A DNA stretch of 64,000 bases from contig CAXXMR010000012.1 of the NCBI GenBank assembly GCA_963663805.2, positions 64,001-128,000 of the forward strand, given 5' to 3'. Shown here piece by piece: positions 19,793 to 29,018 of this stretch. The DNA is from Sedimentisphaerales bacterium. Its GTDB lineage: Bacteria > Planctomycetota > Phycisphaerae > Sedimentisphaerales > SM23-30. The translations under genes were made by a program, and so were the position numbers. The notes under the pieces were generated by a model. That model was given only the letters and a program-made list of their open reading frames with translations. It was not told where the DNA came from and ran no database searches. Every line of letters starts with the position of its first letter. Position 1 is the stretch's first letter.

Positions 19793-21421
19793 ATGAGTCT
19801 GCGTCTGAAAAATCTTACGGCAGCTACTTATATCAGTCTTAGTACCGCGGTTTTGTTTCTTTTGGCGACGCTGGTGGGAATTTGGGTAATTAATTATAGG
19901 GAACAGCAACTTGCGTTTGAGGTGGCAGAGGAAAAGGCCCAGATACTGATAGACCGGAATCTGGCGACCCATACTTATTTCACTCATCAGCTAAAACCTG
20001 ATTTATTCAAGGCGATTGATGCTTTGGACATGCCGGACTATTTTAATCCGGTATGGATGTCATCCACCTATGCGGTCAGGGGTATTGAGAAGTATTATCA
20101 GCAGTTGAGTGATGAGGGGTATTATTACAAAGAGTGTGCGATAAACGCTCGTTCGCCGGAAAATGAGGCGGATGAGTTTGAGAAAGATTTTATTGAGAAG
20201 ATTAACGCTGATGAGAATTTGGAGAAGTGGGCGGGCCGACGCGAGATTAATGGTCAGGATTATTATGTGTTGATGAGGCGGGGTGAGGTTATGGGGCAGT
20301 CGTGTCTGCGTTGTCATAATACCGCGACCGAAGCACCAGCGGGTATGGTAGATATATACGGGCCTGAGCGATCTTTCGGTCGTAAGGAAGGTGAGGTCGT
20401 ATCAGCAATCTCGATTCGGATACCTGTTTCTGAGGCCTTGGCGGCAGCTAATGACTATTCCTTTGATTTGGTTTTGTTGCTGGTGATAACGCTGGGGTTG
20501 ATATTCCTGGGGCAATATCTTTGTAATCGTCATTTTATTTATGGTCCTTTGACGCGGATTCGTCAGAAGGCTGAACGGGTGGCCAATAATGTCGAGGCTT
20601 TGGGGGAGGAGTTGCCTTTGCCCCGCGGTATTCAATTGCGTATTTTGGTTGAAAATCTTAACAAGATGTCCGGCAGCTTGAAATACAATCATGACCATTT
20701 GGAAGAGGAAGTGCTAAAGCGGACACAAGAGTTGGAGCTGGCGAATGAGGAGCTGGAGCGTTTTACTTATGTGGTAGCTCATGATTTACGCAGTCCGATG
20801 ATTACTATAAAGGGGTTCGCCAGTGAGCTTAAACGCAGTCTGGCAGAAAGTGCCAGTGAAGACCAGCAAGTCTTTCTGGATATGATCGAGGAGGGCATTG
20901 GCAAGCTGGATGGTTTTATAGAAAGTACGTTGAAGCTGTCGCGGGCGGGCCGGGTGATTGAGATTCCGGTGGCTGTTGATATGAATGAAGTGGTTTCCGA
21001 AGCGGTTGAGCGTATTGAAGGACGTTTGCAGGCAGTTGAGGGCGTCATCGAAATTGCGTCGGGCTTACCGGTAGTAATGGGCGACAAAATTCGGCTGATT
21101 CAGGTGGTGCAGAATCTACTTGATAATTCAGTTAAGTACAGGCAGGAGGGGCAGCCGCTGAAGATAGAATTGGGCTTTAAGGAACAAGGCGGCGAAGCGG
21201 TATTTTTTGTTAAGGATAATGGACGGGGGATAGAAGAAAAATATCTTAAAATGATATTCCGGGGGTTCAGTCTGTCAAGCGTCGGAGAGGGTGGATATGG
21301 TATTGGCTTAGTGACGGTTAAACGAATCGTTGAGGTACACAAGGGGCGGGTATGGGTTGAGTCGGGGGGAGTTGGGCAAGGGGCGGTGTTTTATTTCAGT
21401 TTGCCGGTGGTGAGACAGTAA
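19793..21421 (+). CDS. Sensor histidine kinase with periplasmic DUF3365/Tll0287-like heme c domain
   Basis: Two TM helices; ARSPENEADEFE; CLRCH; HDLRSP H-box; NLLDNSVKY; DNGRGI; GIGL. Confidence 0.88.
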   Translation: MSLRLKNLTAATYISLSTAVLFLLATLVGIWVINYREQQLAFEVAEEKAQILIDRNLATHTYFTHQLKPDLFKAIDALDMPDYFNPVWMSSTYAVRGIEKYYQQLSDEGYYYKECAINARSPENEADEFEKDFIEKINADENLEKWAGRREINGQDYYVLMRRGEVMGQSCLRCHNTATEAPAGMVDIYGPERSFGRKEGEVVSAISIRIPVSEALAAANDYSFDLVLLLVITLGLIFLGQYLCNRHFIYGPLTRIRQKAERVANNVEALGEELPLPRGIQLRILVENLNKMSGSLKYNHDHLEEEVLKRTQELELANEELERFTYVVAHDLRSPMITIKGFASELKRSLAESASEDQQVFLDMIEEGIGKLDGFIESTLKLSRAGRVIEIPVAVDMNEVVSEAVERIEGRLQAVEGVIEIASGLPVVMGDKIRLIQVVQNLLDNSVKYRQEGQPLKIELGFKEQGGEAVFFVKDNGRGIEEKYLKMIFRGFSLSSVGEGGYGIGLVTVKRIVEVHKGRVWVESGGVGQGAVFYFSLPVVRQ

Positions 21422-21424
21422 TTG

Positions 21425-21823
21425 TTAGTCTGAACAGATTTTTACGTGCATACGACGGTTGCGGGGACCGTCGAATTCGCAAAAGTATATGCCCTGCCAG
21501 GTGCCCAGCAGCAGTCGGGAATTTTCGATGATGACAGTCAGGATCGGCCCTACCAGTGAAGATTTGACGTGGGAGTCGGAGTTGCCCTCGCAATGGCGGT
21601 AACCTTTGCGGAGATGGGGCAGCAGTTCGTCTAGGGTAAGAATAATGTCGTGGCAGACATCGGGGTCAGCGTTTTCATTGATGGTGATGGCCGCGGTGGT
21701 GTGGGGGATGGAAATCACGGCCAGTCCTGAAATTACACCACTTTCAGAGACCACCTGAGCGATAAGGTCGGTTACGTCGATAAGCTGATTTCTTTGACTG
21801 GTCTTGACATCGAAGGTTTGCAT
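21425..21823 (-). CDS. yjbQ: YjbQ (UPF0047) family protein
   Basis: PHTTAAITINENADPDV, EGNSDSHVKS, LGTWQGIYFCEFDGPR. Confidence 0.93.
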   Translation of the reverse strand: MQTFDVKTSQRNQLIDVTDLIAQVVSESGVISGLAVISIPHTTAAITINENADPDVCHDIILTLDELLPHLRKGYRHCEGNSDSHVKSSLVGPILTVIIENSRLLLGTWQGIYFCEFDGPRNRRMHVKICSD

Positions 21824-21990
21824 GTTGTCCTCTATATGGTTTTGGCTTGCCAGTTGGGTTGGATAGCCTACAATGTTTAGCCTTGTGTTAAGGCGAAGAT
21901 TATTTTAGCGGTCGTGGGCGGGACAGGCTAGTTGAAAAGATAAATTGCTTTTTAGTAGGTATTTATGAGTTTTTGTGGGAAAGATAATTG

Positions 21991-22848
21991 ATGGCAAGTG
22001 CCCGGTTGATGAAGTTGGAATGTGATGACCTGGAGTTGGTGGGCTATTCGGTTGCGGGCGAGGAGACGGTAGTGGCGGCTCCGAGTCTGGATGTTTGTTT
22101 TGATATTGGCAAGGCTCCCGATGATGTTCTGCCGGTGAACCATGTTTTGTTGAGTCATGGCCATATGGACCATGCGGCGGGGATTGCTTATTATTTTTCG
22201 CAGCGGGATTTTCGGGAGATGGCACCGGGTACGGCGCTAGTGCCGGCGAGTCTGGGTAATGTGATTGAGCATTTACTGGATACGTGGGGGCGGCTGGATG
22301 GTTCGCGGCCGCCGGGCAAAATCGTGGAGATGGAGCCGGGCCAGGAATATGAGATAAGGCGGGGGCTGTTCGCTTACGCGTTCGCGACGAATCATTGTTA
22401 TGGCTCACTGGGTTTTACGGTGATTGACCGGCGAAAAAAGCTCAAGGATGAATATCTGGGGCTGAGCGGGCCGGAAATTGTGGCACTGAAAAAGAAAGGT
22501 GTCGAGATTACCAATACAGTGAGTGTGCCGCTAGTGACGTATCTGGGTGATACGATGGGCGGGGATTTTGAAAAGCTGGATTGCGTGCGAAAAAGCAAGG
22601 TTTTAATCGCAGAATGCACGTTTTTTGACCCGGATCATCACGACCGGGCGCGGGCGGGGCGACATTATCATTTTGATGCATTGGCGCGGGTTTTGGGAGA
22701 TTTTGAGAACGAGCATGTTGTTTTGACGCATCTTAGTCGGCGGACGGATATTCGGCTGGCACGTAAGGCGGTTGACGCGGTATTAGCACCGGAACTGGCG
22801 GGTCGGGTACGTTTTTTGATGGAGAGGCCCAGAAGAGGCAAGGTCTGA
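21991..22848 (+). CDS. MBL-fold metallohydrolase, RNase Z-like
   Basis: SHGHMDH motif, YLGDT, IAECTF, LTHLSRR; exact start uncertain. Confidence 0.85.
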   Translation: MASARLMKLECDDLELVGYSVAGEETVVAAPSLDVCFDIGKAPDDVLPVNHVLLSHGHMDHAAGIAYYFSQRDFREMAPGTALVPASLGNVIEHLLDTWGRLDGSRPPGKIVEMEPGQEYEIRRGLFAYAFATNHCYGSLGFTVIDRRKKLKDEYLGLSGPEIVALKKKGVEITNTVSVPLVTYLGDTMGGDFEKLDCVRKSKVLIAECTFFDPDHHDRARAGRHYHFDALARVLGDFENEHVVLTHLSRRTDIRLARKAVDAVLAPELAGRVRFLMERPRRGKV

Positions 22849-22880
22849 GCGGAACGTAAGTACCGGTCTGGTCTGGGTTT

Positions 22881-22973
22881 TCAGCACATGGCGGCAAAAG
22901 ATGCTATGGCCAGGGCCAGGTAACGATATTTGCGACGCATGAACATCGAAAAAGTGTAATAGTAAACTTCCAT
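22881..22973 (-). CDS. Unannotated 30-aa small protein MEVYYYTFSMFMRRKYRYLALAIASFAAMC
   Basis: AGGAG RBS (22986-22982) 8 nt before the ATG; TGA at 22883-22881; sigma54 promoter upstream. Confidence 0.55.
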   Translation of the reverse strand: MEVYYYTFSMFMRRKYRYLALAIASFAAMC

Positions 22974-23023
22974 CGCCAATACTCCTAAAGTTTAGCTGTT
23001 TCATGCCTTCTTTATAGGTAATG

Positions 23024-23077
23024 GCAAAGGGTGTGCCGGGAGAGGTTTTTCAGGGGTGGTGTTGTAAGTTATTGTTT
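23024..23077 (-). promoter_or_regulatory. sigma54 -24/-12 promoter with an upstream IHF-like site
   Basis: CGGCACACCCTTTGC (GG-N10-GC) at 23038-23024; AAACAATAACTTA (23077-23065) is one mismatch from the IHF consensus WATCAANNNNTTR. Confidence 0.6.
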
Positions 23078-23517
23078 TTGCAGGGTTTAGGGGTGGGGAA
23101 AATTTAAAATTGATTATGGGGACGTTGCGGCCTTTGCGGGGGTGTTGATTTGGGGCAACATTTGGGGAGGTTATAGAGAAGTAAGTGTATTGGTGGTAAT
23201 TGTTTAGGAATAATGTTGACAGTGATCGCAGTTAGGGGGACGGGGATGGATTGGGGCATCATTTTATCGGAGAGGGCGTGCGAAAACCTCAAAAAACAGC
23301 GTAAACAAGCCTTAACGTACCGTTTTTTCACGTTTTTTTGTTTTTTTTAAACGTTTTTTGGCATTTTTGAGCGTTTTTGAGCGTTTTCTTGGAAATTTGG
23401 AGACTAAAGTCGGGTGGAAAGTGCATCTGCAAGCGAAAAAGAGATTTGACCTCTTTTTCAGAGAAGTTTGTGTATGAACATTTCTTCTGCCGAATCATAA
23501 TAGTAGAATAGGGTGCT

Positions 23518-24099
23518 ATGGAAATGAAACCGAGACAATTGAATGAAGCTGCTTTGGCTAGTCAGGCCCGCGATGGCGACCAGCAGGCGTTGCTGGAACT
23601 GGTCAACCGGAACTGGACCTGGCTTAAAGGGTTACTATACAACGTTTTACAGAATTCTGACGACGTGGACGAGGTTCTTCAGAATGTATGTATTGTTCTG
23701 ATAGAGAAAATCGAGAACCTGCGTGAGCCTGAGCGTTTTAAGCCCTGGCTGGCGACCGTGGCCCGCAACTCGGCGTTGGCTTACCGTAAACAGCGCAGCC
23801 GCAAGCCGATACAACTGGACGAACTGATAGCCGCTCAGCAGCAGGACCACCAGGACGATGCCCTTACCCGACTGGCGGTAGATGAACAGCACAACTCGAT
23901 CCTTCAAGCCGTAAAGGAATTACCCGAAAAATATCGTGAGGTCTTCATTCTCAAGCACTTGAAAGATGCCAGCTACGCGGAAATCGCAGAGACTCTCGAT
24001 ATTGCCGTCACCACGGTACAAATCAGACTGGTCCGGGCCCGCCGCATGATACAGAACAAGCTGACCGGCAAACCCAATGACAAAATACCTCGTACCTGA
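23518..24099 (+). CDS. ECF sigma factor
   Basis: DVDEVLQ, FKPWLATVARN, LPEKYREVFIL, SYAEIAETL...TVQIRLVRAR. Confidence 0.93.
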   Translation: MEMKPRQLNEAALASQARDGDQQALLELVNRNWTWLKGLLYNVLQNSDDVDEVLQNVCIVLIEKIENLREPERFKPWLATVARNSALAYRKQRSRKPIQLDELIAAQQQDHQDDALTRLAVDEQHNSILQAVKELPEKYREVFILKHLKDASYAEIAETLDIAVTTVQIRLVRARRMIQNKLTGKPNDKIPRT

Positions 24100-24110
24100 G
24101 GAGCTTTAGT

Positions 24111-24716
24111 ATGAACTCTGAAATGACCGAAATCCTGATAAATAAATATCTCGACAGCGAAATAACTCCGGCAGAACAGCAGATGCTGGATGCTGAACTG
24201 GAGCAGAATCCGCAAAGTCGTCTGCTTCTGGCGGAACTTACTCAGCTTCACCAGCAGGCCCGCGAAGTTCTGACGGTGGAACTTCTGGAAAAAGGTGAGA
24301 GCGTCGAGGTAATCTTCCAACGGGCCCAGCATCTGGTTCAGGCCAAAACCCGAACCTCTCGTCGGCGTAACTGGACCAAAATTATTTTTCATATGGCCGC
24401 AGGCTTTGTACTGGCTTTGGGTATTATGTCTGCCCACGATTACAGCCGGCGACCAGCTGTGAACAGTGTTCCAATGGCGGCGGAAACCAACCAGAATGAA
24501 CAACCGGTAACGGCTGCCATTGAACCCGCACCGGCTAGTCGTAGTCTGGCAAACAGCAACCTTGCTCGACCATCCTTTAATGTTGATAATCAAAATCGTC
24601 GGCCTAACCGTCAGGTCAACTGGTACAGCTATACCGAGCCGGACGGCACACGGTGGATGATTGAGAATTATCGCGAAAAACCTGTTTCGACTGCCGCTTA
24701 CCACGGCGATCTATAA
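24111..24716 (+). CDS. Membrane-bound anti-sigma factor
   Basis: LINKYLDSEIT N-terminal anti-sigma-like domain, single TM helix, directly after the ECF gene. Confidence 0.75.
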   Translation: MNSEMTEILINKYLDSEITPAEQQMLDAELEQNPQSRLLLAELTQLHQQAREVLTVELLEKGESVEVIFQRAQHLVQAKTRTSRRRNWTKIIFHMAAGFVLALGIMSAHDYSRRPAVNSVPMAAETNQNEQPVTAAIEPAPASRSLANSNLARPSFNVDNQNRRPNRQVNWYSYTEPDGTRWMIENYREKPVSTAAYHGDL

Positions 24717-24735
24717 TAATCAGGAGAGCATAGCC

Positions 24736-25763
24736 ATGAGAACTTTTCTTAAAAAGCTGGTCGGCATCGTCGCCGGGTTACTCCTTACCTTGTATTCATG
24801 CAGCACTAACGCTGAGCAACTCGGTCGGCCATTCATTGGTGTGCGGCTGGACCCTAACCCTCTGCCTACGCTTATAACCAGACATCTCCAACTGGAGCCA
24901 AACGCCGGGTTGCGTATCATAAACATCCAGCGGGGCGGTCCGGCGGACAAGGCAGGTCTGGAAAAAGATGATATTATTATCAGCTTCCAGGGTAAGACGG
25001 TTATGAATATGACGCTTTTGTAGAGGCCATCAACGAAGAAGGGCCGGGCAAAGAAGTACAACTGCAAATAATTCATGACGGTGTAAGAAAAAATATCAAA
25101 CTAATGCTCGGTTCTTTTACCGATAACTCGCCGGAGCCTGAATGGAAATATCCTCATCAGCCTCTGATGAGTGAACACAGTCAGCCGGGTCGGGTTTTTC
25201 AAATGCCGCCGGGCGGCAACTCGTGGCAGCAGGTACCGTTTGATAAATTTCCGGGCACGAACAGTCATACGCAGCGGTTCTTTGAGCAGAAGTTTATCTT
25301 CAATCACAAGGTCAACGGTAAAGGCTGGCAGATAACCATTACGGGTGACCCTAAGAGTAATGATGCCCGCATAACCGTTGAAGGTGAGGGTCGGAATTAT
25401 GAAATCACCGCTGACCAGATAGCCAAACTGCCGCCGGAACTACAGCAGCCGGTCAGTGAGGCCCTGGAGTCAGCTCGTGAGTCGTCAAGTTCGAACGGTT
25501 TTGGTTTTGATTTTAAATCTCATTTCAATGATAGTGAAATTTTGCAGGATATTCATCAGAGAATGCAGGCAATGAACGAGCGAATGGATGAGATGTATCG
25601 TGACTTCAACAGTCAGCACGGGCAGAAGATGGACGCAATGAAACAATGGTTCCTTGACCGGCAAGAAAAACTGTTCCGGCAGTTCGGCGGTGATGATAAT
25701 AACAATGGTTTGATTCTGCCGGACGATCCTAATCTGGAACAGGATGCGGAAGAGACAATGTAG
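24736..25763 (+). CDS. Exported PDZ-domain protein with one frameshift near 25003
   Basis: RPFIGV, GGPADKAGLEKDDII, continuing in a shifted frame (EYDAFVEAI...IIHDG...MLGS) into ORF 25104-25763. Confidence 0.7.
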
Positions 25764-25811
25764 GTTTTCTGGTCGGTGACTAACGGAGATTTTTAGTCGC
25801 GGATTAACGGA

Positions 25812-25844
25812 TAACGGCACCGCTTACTAACGTGCGCGGCTCTG
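25812..25844 (-). repeat. REP-like 33-bp element, copy 2
   Basis: Reverse complement CAGAGCCGCGCACGTTAGTAAGCGGTGCCGTTA; lies between convergent genes. Confidence 0.8.
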
Positions 25845-25879
25845 ATATGTACGCGGTTCTGATATGTAAGAATTAAGGG

Positions 25880-27052
25880 TCAGGTTAGTTGTTTATATAG
25901 TTTGATGAGTTGTTTTACGTGGCGGGTCATGGAGACTTCTTCACGTATTTTTTTATTCTTGATGGATTCGGCCATCTTTTGTTGGCGCTGCCGGTCGCAT
26001 AATGTCAGGAGTGCGGAGGCGAGTTCCCCGGCGTCGCCGCACTTTTCGAGTATTATACCGAATTGGCCCTCGTCGAGGAAATCGGCGGCACCGTTATATC
26101 TTGTGGTTATTCCAGGACACCCGGCGGCCAGGCCTTCCATTATTGTTCGGGAGCAGGCATCGTTATATGTGGGCAGGACCATTGCATCGGCCATTGTCGC
26201 CAGGGCCGGGACTTTACTGGTTGGGCCATTAAAAATCACTTTATCGGTAAGGTCCAAGCGGTCGGCCAGGGCATAATAATCTGAATAATCCTCTGAGCCT
26301 ATTACTAAAATCCGAAAATCTCTCAGGTTATCCGAGCGGTTATTTTGGGCCCGGTGAGCAGCTTCGATAAGAGTTTTAAGCCCTTTCAGTCGGAAGTTCT
26401 GGGAGATGAACAGAAATATCGCTAATTCGTTTTGAGGGTCGTATCGACGGCGGAGCTTTTTGGCCTCGTCGCTGACCTGTGTATCGTTGAAGGGGCGGAT
26501 GTCGATGCCGTTTCGTATTACCGTAACTCTCTCGGCTCCCAGGCCATGGTGTTTTTGGAACTGTTGTTTAACGTAATTACTCAGCGCCACGATATGTGGT
26601 CCATCCGGGTAGCGACACAAAATCATTTCGCTGTCAATCCTTGCCGCCCTGCCGAAATTAAAATTAGCGGCCAGTCGTTTGAGCTTTGCCGCCAAGCCAT
26701 CGCCTAAAACTTCGGCATGGCGTATGCTGCTGTACAATATGCTCCCTCCCCGCGGCTGGTATATATCTGCCCATACTATCGGCGTCATACTGTGCGAAAT
26801 GTCAAAATCGCTTGATTGGAGGTATTGCCTTATCGCCCGTTCGAAATTTCGCCACCAGCCGGCGCGGGTTTTTGCCTTTACAGGGACTTCGTGGAACTTC
26901 AGGGGTGATTCGTTTGGGGGCCGGTTAATCCTGCCGGCGACGATAGTAACGTCCATGCCCTGGCGGGTTAGCTCGCAGGCCATCTCGTAGGTTGAACGTT
27001 CCAGGCCGCCGCGTTCGATGTCGAATCGTTCCAGTATTAAGGCTATTTTCAT
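25880..27052 (-). CDS. Glycosyltransferase family 4 (WaaG-like)
   Basis: GGLERS, IRNGID, KGL, PTYNDACSRTIMEGLAAGCP. Confidence 0.9.
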   Translation of the reverse strand: MKIALILERFDIERGGLERSTYEMACELTRQGMDVTIVAGRINRPPNESPLKFHEVPVKAKTRAGWWRNFERAIRQYLQSSDFDISHSMTPIVWADIYQPRGGSILYSSIRHAEVLGDGLAAKLKRLAANFNFGRAARIDSEMILCRYPDGPHIVALSNYVKQQFQKHHGLGAERVTVIRNGIDIRPFNDTQVSDEAKKLRRRYDPQNELAIFLFISQNFRLKGLKTLIEAAHRAQNNRSDNLRDFRILVIGSEDYSDYYALADRLDLTDKVIFNGPTSKVPALATMADAMVLPTYNDACSRTIMEGLAAGCPGITTRYNGAADFLDEGQFGIILEKCGDAGELASALLTLCDRQRQQKMAESIKNKKIREEVSMTRHVKQLIKLYKQLT

Positions 27053-28980
27053 TTTGGTTCTCGGGTGAATCTGATTTCTCGGCGTTGGTCGTGGCGGCTG
27101 ATGCGGTTGGCTTTGGTTGTTATGGCCCGGATGAAATTTTTCTGGGGCGTGGTTAGTTTTTTAACTTCAAAATATTCGTGGAGAAACCGTGTCATCTCTT
27201 TGGGGGTGAACAGGTCGCGGGCGGAATAATACAGCTGGGCGAGGTCTTTTATCTGCCAGCGTCGTTTAAAGATTTTTGGTTGGAAAACCCGCTGTAAATC
27301 TATGAGTGATAATCTTTCCTGGCCTTTACTGTCGCGGCAGAGGAAAATATGGCAGAGGTAGAAATCACGGTGGAATAATCCTGCCAGGTGCATTTTTCGG
27401 GCGAGTGTCGCCAGGTTGTTTATCAGTTTTTTTCGGTCGGTTAGCATTTTGTATTCATGGCTTTGGCTTTTTAGCAGGCGGTCGAGGGCCTCGGCGTGTG
27501 GTAGTTCTTCCAGAATGGCGAAGCTGCGTTGTTCGAAGAGTCGGGAGTGTTTTTGGCCAAAAGCTATTGGGCGGGCTACTTCTATTCCTTTTTGGGCTAA
27601 TTCGAGCGAGCCGGCGAAATCGTAGAGGCCCGCGGCGGCGTTGGTGCGTCTGGAGATATAACGTCGCAGTAATTTAGCGAAAGGCTCGCGGCCATAACGT
27701 TTGATGTAAATCACTTTGCCGTTTTGGAGTTTTGCGCGTATGCGTCGGCGTGTGCCGAGGCCGGGTTTGGTTAAAAATTCACCGCCGGTGAAGTTGAATA
27801 TGCCGGAGAGCGAATCCAGACCGGTTTTCAGGAGTTCGTCTTTATAATCGTCATGCACCAATCCGCTGTTGTCTGGCAAAATAGAGTAATTTTCGTTGTA
27901 GACTTCAAAATAATCTTCGGTCGGAGTGGTTTGGGTTTTATCGCCTTGCAGTTTCTTAATCGCGAGGGCGTGGACATCATCGACGGTAATTTTTTTGAGG
28001 CATCGATGATTTGTTGAGCATGTTTTTTGCTGACATGGTCCGCAATCGACATTTACTCGTAATCGTGTTTCACCGGCATAACCTGTTGCTGTCCAGCGGG
28101 GGTCGGTTGGGCCGAACAGCGTTATCAGGGGCACAGTGAAAGAGGCGGCGATATGACAAGGTCCGGTGTCGTTGGCAATCATAAGATTGGCACGACGGAT
28201 AATCTCCTTGAGCATACCTAATGATAATTTTTCGTCGGCAAGACTAACGGCTTTGTGCCGCATAGTAGATTTTATCTGGTCGGCGATGCTTTTTTCGGCG
28301 GGCGAACAGGAAATCAGAACCTGACAATTTTGCTGGTCGATGAGTTTGTCGGCGAGTTGGCAGAATCTTTCGGCGGGCCATAATTTACTGGGGCCGAACG
28401 CGCCGCCGGGGACGAGTATGACAAGCGGCTTTGTATTGTCAACTTCCAGTCGGGTTAGCAACCGGTCTGTTTCCTGCCGGTCGTTGGGGCTGGTGAACAG
28501 TTCCATTGGGCCGGTGTCGGTTATTTTTTGGCCTTTGAAATACTCCAGGGCGGTATCGGCCAGGCGTTCGTAATATTTGAGCATGGAAATTACGGCGGGT
28601 CGGCCATTTATTTTCAGAACGGGGAGGGCACGGTTCAGGAGCAAGCCGCGGCCATCACGATTATAGCCGATAGTACGCTTGATTTTTGCCCGGCGAATCA
28701 GCAGGGCTGAGCGAAAAGAATTTGTAAACAGTATGGCACCGCCAAAATTATGGGTGCGTAACTTTGATATAAGTTCGCCTGATTTTTTCTTGTCCCACAA
28801 AATAAAATCATCGGCCCAGGGGCAGCCAGATAGAATTTCCTTAACTGTTGGATTAGCGAGAAAGGTGATACGTTTATGGGGCAGGGCCAAGCGGAGTTTG
28901 CGCAAAGCCGTGGTTGCGAGTATGGCGTCCCCCATGGGGGTGGGTAGCGCTACCAGAATATTTCCGCTGTCATTATTCAT
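27049..28980 (-). CDS. waaF: Heptosyltransferase (GT9, WaaF-like) fused to a WaaP/Kdo-type LPS kinase
   Basis: N-terminal MGDAIL, PGGAFGPSKLWP, NDTGPCHIA, LFGPTDP; C-terminal FHRDFYLCHI, LIDLQR, KDLAQL. Confidence 0.85.
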   Translation of the reverse strand: MNNDSGNILVALPTPMGDAILATTALRKLRLALPHKRITFLANPTVKEILSGCPWADDFILWDKKKSGELISKLRTHNFGGAILFTNSFRSALLIRRAKIKRTIGYNRDGRGLLLNRALPVLKINGRPAVISMLKYYERLADTALEYFKGQKITDTGPMELFTSPNDRQETDRLLTRLEVDNTKPLVILVPGGAFGPSKLWPAERFCQLADKLIDQQNCQVLISCSPAEKSIADQIKSTMRHKAVSLADEKLSLGMLKEIIRRANLMIANDTGPCHIAASFTVPLITLFGPTDPRWTATGYAGETRLRVNVDCGPCQQKTCSTNHRCLKKITVDDVHALAIKKLQGDKTQTTPTEDYFEVYNENYSILPDNSGLVHDDYKDELLKTGLDSLSGIFNFTGGEFLTKPGLGTRRRIRAKLQNGKVIYIKRYGREPFAKLLRRYISRRTNAAAGLYDFAGSLELAQKGIEVARPIAFGQKHSRLFEQRSFAILEELPHAEALDRLLKSQSHEYKMLTDRKKLINNLATLARKMHLAGLFHRDFYLCHIFLCRDSKGQERLSLIDLQRVFQPKIFKRRWQIKDLAQLYYSARDLFTPKEMTRFLHEYFEVKKLTTPQKNFIRAITTKANRISRHDQRREIRFTREPK

Positions 28981-29018
28981 ATTGAGGATTCAGAACCGGA
29001 ATTCATGATGCCTGCCGG

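Noticed and set aside
22783..23004. 73-aa minus-strand ORF from the track
   Set aside because: It overlaps the RNase Z-like gene and starts only ~8 nt after the predicted TSS; the nested 30-aa ORF has a much better RBS
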